From positions 76,758,001 to 76,822,000 of the forward strand of contig CM052816.1 in NCBI GenBank assembly GCA_028534125.1: a stretch of DNA of 64,000 nt. Reading direction: 5' to 3'. This document shows, piece by piece, positions 52,001 to 64,000 of this stretch (its first letter is position 1; every line of letters starts with the position of its first letter). Below the pieces are notes generated by a model. That model made no database searches, had not been told where the DNA came from, and saw nothing but the letters and a program-made list of their open reading frames with translations. Made by a program: the position numbers and the translations under genes. This DNA is from Lama glama. Its lineage: Eukaryota.

Positions 52001-54010
52001 ATATTTGTATGATTTGTAAATATCAGAATGCTTCCATATCTTTGGCTAAGATGAAGATGGAAAGAATTAATAGATCAGACCTAAAGACAAAGGAGATAAA
52101 GACAGGTTGATATTAAATCATTAATTTATATCCTCTGAGTAGGGTTTTAACCAAATGCAGTTGACTGTGTTCCATTACCAATGCAAATAATCTCTGCCCC
52201 TAGGAAGTGTCTCATCTTTGTTCTAATCCTGTTTTCCCAATGACCTATTCACGTGAATATCTCCTATGCACAGCACCTGAGCTATCCAAAACAAAATTCT
52301 CTAAACCAAGTCCCTTTCCTACCTACGCGGCTTCCATCAGCACCACCCAGCTTGTCTTGAAGAATGAAAGCATTATAGTCATTTTTAACTCTTTCTTCCT
52401 TTCTTTCCTTATATCCGGGCTGGCACTAAGCACTTTAGTTCAGAATTTTTCCTGTCACATCCCACACAGGAAGTGATGATATTAGATTGATTGTGTAGAC
52501 AAAAAAAGCTGCTTGTGTCTGGAAGTTATTGCCTTAGGTAAGTAACGTGTTCCTCATAGCTCCCAAGGCCTTTGTGGATCAGTATCTTAACTCACCTGTA
52601 ACACCTGGGCGCGGAGGCTGGGAAGTTCAAACTGAGTTCATTGTTTCTTAAAAATGTCTCGTATTTGCCCTTTATTTCCATTTCTGCAGCTACCATCTTA
52701 GTCAAGGTTATTATCTCGTACTTGGATTCTTGTAACATCCTCCTAACTGCTTTCCTTGCCTTCCCAAGTTTTGTCTCTGGTGGTGCCACTGACCCATCTA
52801 CTCACCTGCTGTCTTTAATGAGTCTACAATTGTTCCGTATCACCAATGACAGTCAAACCTAGATTCTGTCAGGATTTCAAGGAAAAGAAATTCAGTGGGC
52901 CCATCTTACCTGTTAAACTTACCTCCTATTCTTTCTTCCAACAACCTCTATCCAAGTCAAATTCACATGTTCCTTGTCTATCACCAACATCACCATATTT
53001 CCTCTATTTGTTCTGCTTCCAGAAGATCCTGGTGCAAGTAGTTAATAGTCATAACAACTTAGTCTTGAAGTCTTGAGTATCTACTGTGTGTTAGGCTCTG
53101 GGCCATCCTTCGCAGCAATCTTTCCTGCTAGCTAGTATTATTCTAATTTGATAGGTAAGAAAGTCAAAACTCAGGTTAAGTAACTGGGCCAAAAAAGAAA
53201 AATTGATTCAGTGGTGAAGAGTGAAGACTTCAGATCTCAGCCTAACTTCAAACAACACACTCTACCACCTTTGTCCAATCGGAGTTTAGCTTCCTCTGTA
53301 CTCACATTTCTTCCCAAACTTCTAGTTTGGCAACTAAAAAATTGCTGTCACATGATACTCCTTTGATTGTTCTTTATTATTCTCTGATTCTTGGATTGTC
53401 ATGTAGCTGTCTGCCTTTTTGTCTTTATCTGTCTAACTGTGCTGAGAACCTTTGACTGCAAAACCTGCATCCCCTATAATTCTCAGGTGTTGCTATGTCT
53501 CTAATGGACATGACATCTCAATTTCTGCATTTTTGCCAAAGCATTATAGTTCCTTTGCCCAAGTACACCTCTTCACACTATTTCCAAGGAACTGGATTTA
53601 CATTAATGGCCTTTCTTTTCTGCCTTTGCTTTTACTCTTTTGCCAGTTATTTAATGGCTTGGCTTTCTAATTCATAGATGATTATAATCTCAAAAACCCG
53701 AATGCCTTCTCTAGTCTATGACAGTCCAGACTGTCTATGTCTGTAAATGTCTCATTTAAAGTGACCAAGAAAATTGATGAGAGATTTAGTCCCATGAATC
53801 TTCTAGTGATTATTTCCAAATCTTCAGGGCAGAGTAAGTAGTGAGTTAATCTTCTCATTAACCCAGATTTGAGCCTTAATATAAATGTATAATATGACTA
53901 ATATAATTTAATACAAAAGTATCTTTTAAAATCCTATTACATGCCTAGAATTCATGTTGCTAAGAGGTTTAGAAAACAAAAGTGTGGTGTGTGGCTCTGA
54001 TCCTCTAGAA

Positions 54011-54213
54011 GTGGGCTGTCTGATATTGCAGCCACCAGTCACATATGACTAATTTTAATTAATTAAAATGAAATAGAATTTAAAATTCAGCTCCTCAGTT
54101 CCACTAGCCACATTTCAAGTGCTCAACATCAGAATATGGTTAATGGCTACCACAGAGGACAGCACAGATAGAGAACATTTCTACATTACAAGAAATCCTA
54201 TTGGACAGCACTT
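54011..54213. mobile_element. MER3-like element
   Basis: gcagccaccagtcacatatgact...ttaaaattcagctcctcagttccactagccacatttcaagtgctca...ttggacagcact. Flanks ctctagaa and ctctaaaa. Confidence 0.85.
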
Positions 54214-55446
54214 CTCTAAAAGTTTATCAATGGTTTGTTGAAAAACATATAATACTTTTGATATAATTCATAGCAGCTGATGATATGTTAGCCATATCTT
54301 TCAGTAAATAAGTAGCCACCATAAGTTAGGGTTTCATTCATCATTTATTCGCTCAGTGTAAACACCTGGTGTCTAATGAGTGCTCAAAAATGTTTAACAG
54401 GTGTAAATGTTTAACTTTATAAAATAAAGATGACAGCTCCTATGCAGACACTTAGTTATCTGGCATCATAATATTAAAAAAAAATAATAATAAAGATTTA
54501 AGCAGCATAAAGAGAAACAAACTATTCTATACACAAGTAATCTACATTTCCTGAATTCTGCCAAGTTCTGAATGTAAATTGTGGCAAATTGTTGACACCC
54601 CCTCTGCCCCTGCTTGGACAGCTGTGGATGACATCTGCATCAAATCAGCCAGAAGTTATTTATTTTCAAAATGTGCACTGACCCGCTTCGAAGCCCAAAG
54701 GGTAAAAATGTCACCTTTGTTCACTTCTCAAGAAAAATATTTTTAAGATCCTGAGCTGACTGTGAAAGGAAAAGCTGTTCCTTGGGGTGTTTTCCATAAT
54801 TCCCTCTTCATTTCAAACTTTCTGACAGCCATCACTTCCTGTCTCCTTTCCTAGTTGTAATACAAACAGGAAAGCAATTCCATGGCTTCGCAAGCCAATT
54901 GGCCTCTTTCCTTCCATGGAATTTAAATTGATTACTGAGTTTGTGTTTGTGAATGGTGTGACTTTGTGATTACCTGTTTGTATTTCAAGGACTGAGTTTC
55001 CTGGCATGATAGGACTGTTTGATTCAGTCTTACAATCTGATTACCTAGGACACGGCCCCACAGGAGGCAACCAGTAAGTAGTTTTACATAAATAAGTTAA
55101 CTAAGGTTAACAAATGTGACTCCTTGCCTGGAGTTAAATCTTTTACATCAATAATCTTAATAATGAAGAAAATTAAAAGCAAAACAACCTTCGTAAGTGA
55201 TCTTTTTTCAGATTCCTCATAGTTCCATGCAAAATCAGACCATCTGACCTATGTGTGCTGTGGTCATGGGGCCATTATTTTATGGAAATAGGTGGGAAAT
55301 TCTTCTGGAGAACCTAGAAACAAGCCTGGATGTTGTACATTTGGAGTGCACAGTTAGTTTACTTCAAGAATCATCCACAGATAACCGGAAACCCCATGTC
55401 CCCTGGAAATACATCTAGCTCATACAAAGCTACAGAAAGGCTAGAA

Positions 55447-56149
55447 CAGCAGTTCTCAACATGTGGTCTTAAGAGCCCTTGGGGGTCACCAAGCCCCTTT
55501 TGAAGAATCCATGTGGTCAAAACCATCTCCATAATAATACTGTTATTCACCTTTTTCATTCTCTTTCTCTCATGGATGTTTGGTGGAATTTTCTAGAGAT
55601 CCCATAATTATCTGAAAAGGCTGTTAATATATTCTTCCCTTTTCCAACTACATATCTGTATGAGGCCATATCATCATATATTTCCACCAAAACAATATGT
55701 CACAACAGATTGAATGCAGACCAAATAAGAGAATACAGCTGTTTTCTATTACACCATACATTGAAGACACTTGCAAAAATGTGATACAGTGCCACGCCTT
55801 TCACTAACATTTTTGTTCTGGAAAATATATTTTTCATAAGTGTTATCCATGTTAATATATAATAATTTATTGTCATTATTTTAAACAAACTATTAGATAA
55901 GTAAAAACTTTCTCAGCTATTACCCACATTAACAAAACTATTGAGGGTCCTCCAATAATTTTTTTTTAAATTTTTGTGAGGAGGTAATTAGGTTTATTAT
56001 TATTTTTTTAATGGAGGCACTGGGGATTGCACCCAGGACCTCAGGCATGCGAAGTACATGCTCTACCAATGAGCTATACCCTCCCCCCATCTTTAATAAT
56101 ATTTAAGCATGCAATGTGATCTGGAAACCAATGAGTTTGAAAACCACTG
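55447..56149. mobile_element. Charlie1-like hAT relic interrupted by a SINE
   Basis: cagcagttctcaac...ttcccttttccaactacatatctgtatgaggcc...gtttgaaaaccactg. Confidence 0.7.
55958..56088 (-). mobile_element. tRNA-derived SINE (camelid-type)
   Basis: The reverse complement reads gggggagggtatagctcattggtagagcatgtacttcgcatgcctgaggtcctgggtgcaatccccagtgcctcc. Confidence 0.9.
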
Positions 56150-56867
56150 TACTACAATATGGTGAATACAGCTATGAGTTGAATGGGCTCCCAGACAATG
56201 ATTAACTGAAGAAGGGAAAAAGCAGATGGAACCCAGTTTCTAAGCTTGGCCCGAAGCCTGCTAAAACGCTGACCATGGTTCTTCATCCAGCCAACTTATT
56301 CCCCAGAGCTCTATGGAGGCTGCAACTAAGTCTTACTTTACTCTCTTTTCCTAAATCAAGCCATTTATTTTCCCAGCCAAATACTTGCTAGCTCTTTCCA
56401 GTTGCATACAAGCTGTTTTGCTTCATAAAATATTTACTCTAAAATAATACACTTAGGATGGAAATGACAATTCAGTTTTAATTTGAGAACATTGCGGGTC
56501 TGTTGGCAGCCTGGGGTGAGGTTGGACATGTGGTCACAGCACACAGATGTTACCTCTGAGACCTGCTGAATCTGTGGGTTGTTGCAAAAACAGAATGAGT
56601 AGACTGGTGCCCAACACAGCCACCACTTACTTTCCCAAAGGCTGATTAGTTGGTTTAGCTTCACATGATATATTTTTAGGTAATATGGGCTAATGATACT
56701 AGGAATGTTTATATTAAATTGTATTTGTATTCCTTGAAAAATTTTTGTTTGTAGTATATGATATATATTTTATAATGTGCATAGTATTTTATAGTTGTAG
56801 TATATATACATATACTATGCATAAAAATAAGCAAACATATTGAGTGTGTGAACTCAAGTTCTTCTAT

Positions 56868-58550
56868 TTTTTTTCTTTTTTAATTGAAGTATAGTCAATT
56901 ATGATGTGTCAGTCTCTGATGTACAGCACAATGTCCCAGTCATGCATATACATACATATATTCATTTCCATATTTTTTCAATTAGATGTTATTACCAGAT
57001 ATTGAAAACAGTTCCCTGTGCTATACAAAAGAAACTTTTTTCTTTTTTTTTAATTGAAGTATACTCAGTTACAATATGCCAATTTCTAGTGTACAGTATA
57101 ATGCTTCAGTCATATATATACATACATATATTCGTTTTCATATTCCTTTTCATTATAGGTTACTACAAGAGACTGAATATATTTCCCTGTGCTATACAGA
57201 AGGAATTTGGTTTTTATCTATTTTTATATATAGTAGCTAATATTTGCAAATCTCAAACTCCCAATTTATCCCTTTCCACCCCTTTCCCTCCCAGTAATCA
57301 TAAGTTTGTTTACTATATCTGTGAGTCTGTTTCTGTTTTGTAGATGAGTTCATTAGTGTCTTCTTTTTCTTTTTTTAGATTCCACATATAAGTGATATCA
57401 TGGTATTTTTCTTTCTCTTTCTGTCTTACTTTATGTAGAATGACAATCTCAAGGTCCATCCATATTGCTGCTAATGGCATTATTTTATTATTTTTTATGA
57501 CTGAGTAATATTCCACAGTATAAATATACCACAGCTTCCTTATCCAGTCATCTGTCAATGGATATTTAGGTTGTTTCCATTTCTTTGCTATTGTAAATAG
57601 TGCTACTATAAACATTGGGGTACATGTATCTTTTCAAATTACAGTTTTCTGCAAATATATGCCCAGGAGTGGGATTGGTGGATCATATGGTAAGTCTACT
57701 TTTAGTTTTTTGAAAAATCTCCATACTCTTTTCCATAGGGGCTGCATCAAACTACATTCCCACCAATAGTGTAGGAAGGTTCCCTTTTCTCCACACCCTC
57801 TGCAGCATTTATCCTTTGTACGCTTTTTAATGATGGCTATTCTGACTAGTGTGAGGTGATACCTCATTTTAGTTATGATTTGCATTTCTCTGACAATTAG
57901 TGATATTGAGCATTTTTTTCATGTACCTATTGGCCATTTGTATGTCTTCATTGGAGAACTGCTTGTTTAGGTCTTCTGCCCATTTTTGGATTGGGTTGTT
58001 TGTTTTTTTTGTTATTAAGTTGTATGAGCTGTTTATATACTCTGGAAATTAAACCTTTGTCAGTCACATCATTTGCAAATATTTTCTTCCATTTTGTAGG
58101 CTATCTTTTTGTTTTGCTTATGGTTTCTTTTGCTGTGCAAAAGATTATAAGTTTAATTAGGTCCCATTTGTTTATTTTTCCTTTTATTTCTATTGCCTGC
58201 GTAGACACCTAGGAGAATGTTGCTAAAACTTATATCAGAGAACGTTTTGCCTGTTTTCTTCTAGGCGGTTTATTGTGTCATGTCTTATATTTAAGCCTTT
58301 AAGCCATTTTGAGTTTATTTTTGTGTAAGGTGTGAGGGAGTGTTCTAACTTCATTGATTTACATGCTGCTGTCCAATTTTCCTAAGACGACTTATCGAAG
58401 AGACTGTCTTTTCTCCATTGGATATTCTTGTCTCCTTTGTCAAAGACTAATTGACCATAAATCTGTGGGTTTATTTCTGGGCTTCCTATTCTGTTCCATT
58501 GATCCATATGTCTGTTTTTGTGCCACCCTGTTTTGATTACTGCAGCTCTG
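56868..58550 (-). mobile_element. 5'-truncated LINE-1 (ORF2 C-terminus plus 3' UTR), frameshifted
   Basis: Minus-strand ORFs give ORF2 peptides ([61 protein letters not shown]) split across frames. Poly(T) on the + strand at the left end. Confidence 0.95.
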
Positions 58551-60569
58551 ATAAACTGATCATTTTTTATAGAGGAATGTAATGTCCATTTTAATAAAAA
58601 ATGACTACCGAAGGGCATTGGTATTCTTGTGTGTATGTGTGTGTGCATGTTCTCAAATAGATATCTTTCAGTCTCCTTTTTTCAACCACTCTTATCTTTG
58701 GTTCAGAGAATGTTTACCACTCCTGATTGCTCTACAGGGATCCATTTCCCGAGAGCTCAGATATAAGCCAGTTTGCTAACCTACTTCTTTGTGTTCCCAT
58801 AGCTTCTCTTCTGTCTTGTATCCTGCTTACAATCATTTTTCAAGTCTCATTGCCCATGTGAAAATCTATTATTACTTGAGTGACACAACATTACCTAGAC
58901 TCTCCATTCACCACAGCTGACACCCAGCTGCACAGGGTGCAGCTGGGAATGGCTGACTCTGTGAGAACCTAGACTTTCTTTTCTCAGTTCCCCACTCAGT
59001 GAAGAGAAATACCTCTCTGTTCATCCATTCACCTCCCAGCCTTGCAAGAAGAATTTTGAGAATTATGTAGCCTCTGAGATCCCCCTTGTTAGCATTCTTT
59101 CTCCCATGGTTTACACTGTTGTCCTGCTCTCTCATCCCACCAAATCCTGCCCATGCCTCAAGCAGCATTTCAGGACCACTCCAGTGCAGACTAATTTCTC
59201 ATGTCTGGACTTCTTATTGTGTACTTGAAATACACTACACTGTAATAATCATCCTACTATGAATTTTCCAAAACTGTGTTGTTTTTCCAAATAGCCTTGA
59301 GAGCAAAGATTTTTGTCTTATTCATCTTTGGCAATAGCACCTAACAGAATGCCTTATAGCCTGAAAGGTACTCGATACAGATGCAAAAGATTGACCCAAC
59401 CTTTATTCCATACCTGCCATGTGCCAAGCACTGTACTGAGTGCTTATGCATATATCACCTAATTTAATCCTTAAACTTGAGGGAAGGTGATCATCACTGA
59501 AAATGGTGAAGGGGTTTGTCTGAGTTAACACAGCAATCCGAGAGCAGCATCCATTGGGGCTGGCAGCTAGAGCTGTTTGGCTCTGAGCTAAACACCTTTT
59601 TCTATTTCCTCACCCTGCCTCCTTTAGTAGATACCTCTCGATTAATCATTCTGACTCTTCATCATCTTTATCTTCCTCCTCTTCCTAATCAATATCATGA
59701 TGCAGAGCGAGTTTATGTTCCTTTTAAAATGAAAAGATATTTGTACAAGATTATGTTCATCATGGCTAGCCAGAGGCCGCCAGTCATCACCCCCCCCCCA
59801 CTAGTCCTACAGCCCAGTAATTTCAAATTGCTCTGAGGAGTCCTGGGAATTCCAGTGAGATGCATCAGAGGGTTGGGGTAGGAAAAATGAGTTTCTGACA
59901 TTCCTGCCTCTGCTGGAGTGACTTTAGTGTACATCTATCTTCAACACATTTCATTTGGAAAAATGTCTTCTATAGTTTTTAAAAATCCTGCAATCTGCTA
60001 TAGGCTGATCTCAGACCTTGGGCGCTGTACTGCTCTAAGCACCAATCTCAGAAGGGTGGCCTAGTCACCAATCCCATGCTGTAGAGGCTGATGAAGGCTC
60101 CAGACACTGACACAGGCAGGACTACCCTGGAGCCAACCATGCAGCTCTGAAGGGCAACCTCACACCTCAACAACTTTGTGACTTAAAGAACTCTGCAGAA
60201 ATCTACATCCACCAAAATACTTCCTCTATTGGTCAGCTATGGCCATATTTGAGTCCCTACCCACAAAGCCTCGGATTCTAATAATTAGAAATCCAGAGGT
60301 AACTTATACTACGGAGGAAGAGCAGTGCACATAGGGATCCAAAGCCTGGGAGTTACGCTTGGCCTCCGTTGTTAGTTTCTTGTGCCTGTTTGCCCACCCA
60401 TGAAATGGAAAAGACAATCCCTGCCTCACACTATTAGTAGGTTTTCCATAAATATTTTCTGAATTGATGGAGAGATGGGTGGATGGATGGGCAAGCAGGT
60501 GTACAAACGGTTGGATAGAGAGCCAACAAGCATAGGTCAAATTGTCTGACATGTAACTATACCACTTCC

Positions 60570-60972
60570 AGTATAAGCAAAAGGCCAGATTTAGTGGCTT
60601 AAAACAACACATATTTACGATCTTAGAGTTTCATAGGTCAGAACTCTAAAATAGGTCTCACTGAGTCAAAATCAAGGGTGTGGGCAGGGCTGTGTTCCTT
60701 CCATCTTCAAAGCCAGTAATGGCTGAAATAGAGTCTTTCTCATCAGCATTACTCTGACAACAGCATACCTGCCTCCCTCTTCCCTGTATAAGGATCATGA
60801 AATACATTGGGTCCACTTGGATAATCCAAAACCATCTCCCCAGCTCAAGATCCTTGACTTACTTCCCGGCAAGTCCCCCTTTGTCATGTAAGGTGACATA
60901 TTTACAGTCCCAGAGATTAGACGCTGGACATCTTGGGGTGGGGGGTGGATTATTTTGCCTATTATACTACAG
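60570..60972 (-). mobile_element. MLT1D-like LTR
   Basis: ttagtggcttaaaacaacac...cagggctgtgttcctt...tacattgggtccacttggataatcc...ttgtcatgtaaggtgacata. Confidence 0.8.
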
Positions 60973-62544
60973 GACAGCTTTGATTATATTGGAAGTCCTC
61001 CAAGATAAGTCAGATTCTTGATCTTGACTGACCATTAGAATTCTCTGGAAGCTTTAAAGGAAACAGGTTCTCAGATACCTCACCCAAATACTACAGTTTA
61101 TTTGGGCCACATGGGTCCGGCCACCAACATTTGCTAAAATCACCCCCAGATTATTCTATTGTGAAGTCAGATTTGAGAGCCACTGGGTGTATTTAAGAAA
61201 GTGTATTTGGGCCATCACACAAATTTAGGTCTGAGGACGTCTTCAACCCCTTAGATCACTCACTTTACTTCTTAATCTGGGTGCCCTTATCTACAAAATG
61301 GGCATAGCAATCATGTGAGTACTAGATTAGATAATATATACAAAATCTGTGTGCCTCGCCTGGAATATGTTAATCTCCCAATAAAAAGTAGCTATAATTA
61401 TCAATTTTATAGAGCAGACCAAATTACACCTGAAAGCTATGGCAAACACAAGTATCAAAAGTGAATCTCTAAGAATATACCCCAAACTCACCCATCTTGA
61501 TCAGACTTCAAGGAGTTTAGGGCTCCCACTAATTCTGCTTAGATTTCCTGTAAACTGATATGGTCCAGGAGAGTTACTAGTTTCTGTTGTGTTTCCGTTT
61601 GGTTCTGGGTGATGGCTGGTTTCTCCTTGAGTTTTCTCCTTTTACAGACTCTCCCTTCACACTGCAGTGCCCCCAGGACAAATTAACTTAGTGTTACGTG
61701 CACACAGCCAATTGTCTCCAGACAGGATAGTGTAAACTCAGTCCCATCCCAACAAGGTTCATGGTCCTACTGGTGTTTTAAGTCCTTCCTTTAGCCAGAG
61801 TATCAGCTCCTGTCCTCTAGAAGACTTGGTTCACCATGCCTGGGATCCGAATCCCAGAATCTTTCCATCAGCGCCAGCCCCATCCCAGCCCAGGAGGTGG
61901 GACACTCAACCCAGTTCCTTTGTGTCAGCCATTCCCTGTCCTGCACTGCATAACGTCACCACCAGACAAAGCTCCCTTCCTATCCTGTTTTATTTTCATG
62001 CATTGCTGAGGAGGCCAAAAGAAACTTTATAGTAAGAAATGGCTCTATTTAGCTAAGATCCCAAAGGAGTCATCAATTGTAGTACTATGAATGTTTTTAA
62101 ATTTTACGAGCTTCCAAAATCAAAAAAGAGGGGAGATGACATCATAAGTGAGGGACTTTGCTTTATTAGCTTCCAGAGTCAGAAAAAAAGAGAAGGGAAA
62201 TTATATCATTCATAAGAAAGATCTTACACATTTTTTGTCTCATATTTTGCCTTGCTTGGCTCTTTCTTTTACTGATGGGGAATTAAAGGGAAATCCCGTA
62301 TCAAAAAACAGTGACCCTGGGGATTTAAATTTAAAATCTGTGGTTCTTTGTCTTCAGGAAAATTAGGGTTTGTGATTCTACTTCCTCTTCCTTCAGTCAA
62401 GAGACAATATTTCTTAAGTTTGCATGTCCATGGTATAGGACACTGGTGGAAATCTTTGTGTCCTGTGTAAGGTAGAAGTAACATTTTGATTTTTTGTATT
62501 TGAGAAATTTTTAAAATAGGGGGAGGAAAAAGCACAAAGTAGTA

Positions 62545-63011
62545 ATAACTATCAATAAAAAATTAATCAGTCTAAGAAAGAAATGAAACATGTTATTTGA
62601 GCCAGATTTGAGGATTATAACCTGGGAAAAGCACCTCAGAAAACTCTGAGAACTGTTCCGCCAGTTGGAAATCAAGGCACAGTTACGTAAGTTTTTTGAG
62701 ACCAAGGGCTGTACATCAAATGACAGATTATTGACAGTTTACACAATCCAGATCTAAGCATCATCCTGGTGGGTCATGTGACCCCTTACAAGATCAAGAA
62801 GGAATGTTATCTTTTAAGGAGTTGTCTTGTTGATGCTAGAAGAACGTTGCTGTTTGTGGTTGAGCAGGTGTTCCTGTCAATGGGGGAGGTTTGGTGGATG
62901 CACAGTGCAGATACACAATGCAGTGCGGGGAGAGGAGGTCAAAGGGAAGAAAAGAATTTTTTATGTTCAAATTTTTCTTGTCATGCCATAAAATATGAAT
63001 TTTATTCCACA
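62545..63011 (-). mobile_element. Probable ERV1-like solo LTR
   Basis: The minus strand begins TGTGGAATAAAATTC. The + strand has the LTR-antisense pattern ttatttgagcc...tgaggattataacctggga...ctctgagaactg. Left terminus uncertain. Confidence 0.55.
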
Positions 63012-63027
63012 TGACAAACACCAATGG

Positions 63028-63095
63028 ATCCATCACCAAGAGTTTTGTCATGTTTGTATGAATCCATCACCAAGAGTTTTGTCATGTTTGTATGA
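63028..63095. repeat. Perfect 34-bp tandem duplication
   Basis: atccatcaccaagagttttgtcatgtttgtatga at 63028-63061 and 63062-63095. Confidence 0.95.
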
Positions 63096-64000
63096 AATCT
63101 TTTCTAAAATGAAAAGAATAAATAGTACCTATAAAGTTGAAATCACTTATCTTTCCTCCTCAGGCTTATTTCCCAACTCTGCTTCCCAAAGACAGTCTCC
63201 ATCATGATTTCACTCTGATTCTCTTGGGGTTACTTCTTTACCTACCAGCCAGGGTGCATTCTGCTCATCCTGACCTATATGGCCAGGACTCCAAATCCCA
63301 GCAGATGGAGACAATGATGGCTCAGGTTGAGTCACTCATTGCTGCTGACCGGATCCTTCACCTCCTATCCTGATCTGGCCACTGATCTTGGAGATTCACA
63401 GTAGGCTTTGTGTGTGTCCAGAACAGACACAGCCTACATGGTGGGCCAAGCCTTCTGTTCCCCGGTTCCCACTTGGTCTTCTCAAGCTGAAAGGATTTCC
63501 CCCAACAAAAGACACTTCAGGTCAGTCTTACTGGATTCAAGAGACACAATCCTATAAGGAGAAGCCAGGAGGAGAATTTCAAGGGCTCTTGACTTTCCTC
63601 TCATGGGTTGCAAATCAAACGCCTCCTCTGGCCCGGTAGGTGACTTTCATGAGCCAAGTGGTTATGGCAAACTACATAGGCTCCGTGAAACTCCGTCTAC
63701 TTGTTTTATCAGGAAATCAGACTTATCAAGGAAAGCCACAAATCTGAATGAATATGTAATGTCACTCTAGTTTTCCCATTTCCCCATTTTTTTGTATTTA
63801 AATTTTAAATTCATCGAAAAGCGTAAACAAAAGTACAGCAGATAACTCTATTCCTGTCACTAGATTCACCCAAATGCTAGCATTTTGCCACATGATATGT
63901 ATGCATAAAAATGAGTTCCTGAATCATTTGAAAGGAAGTTGTGCAGATCATGACAATTCTTCCCTAAAAATTTAAGCATCTACCTTCTAAGAATAAGGGC

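Noticed and set aside
57313..58648. Protein-like minus-strand ORFs
   Set aside because: Frameshifted LINE-1 ORF2 remnants, not a host gene.
1..64000. CRISPR array, prokaryotic operon or other novel multi-gene system
   Set aside because: No regularly spaced repeat-spacer array or gene-dense region. The content is explained by C9, a probable FYB1 5' region and mammalian interspersed repeats.

Overview
Mammalian genomic DNA, AT-rich and repeat-rich. The young tRNA-derived SINEs and L1 3' tails resemble camelid elements, so a camelid source is likely (inference). Bases 1-24030 hold the 3' part of the complement component C9 gene on the + strand: seven coding exons equivalent to human exons 5-11, all GT-AG and frame-consistent, encoding the MACPF domain, EGF domain and tail. 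The ORF track does not show exons 6, 8 and 11 in their coding frame. The most notable feature is the last exon. The stop codon known from human C9 appears lost through a 1-nt deletion, giving a His-rich, 34-residue tail. Both human N-glycan sequons also appear lost, with two other sequons present. Downstream, a GATA/octamer/RUNX/ETS motif cluster followed by ATG|GTAAGT (~32.4-32.6 kb) is probably the distal first exon of FYB1 (ADAP), the neighbour of C9 in human. The rest of the window looks like intron full of L1, L2, MIR, MLT, MER and LTR relics. A 500-N assembly gap lies in C9 intron 9. I found no CRISPR array, RNA gene or novel multi-gene system. All comparisons with human sequence are from memory and need alignment. 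Repeat family names and most repeat boundaries are approximate.
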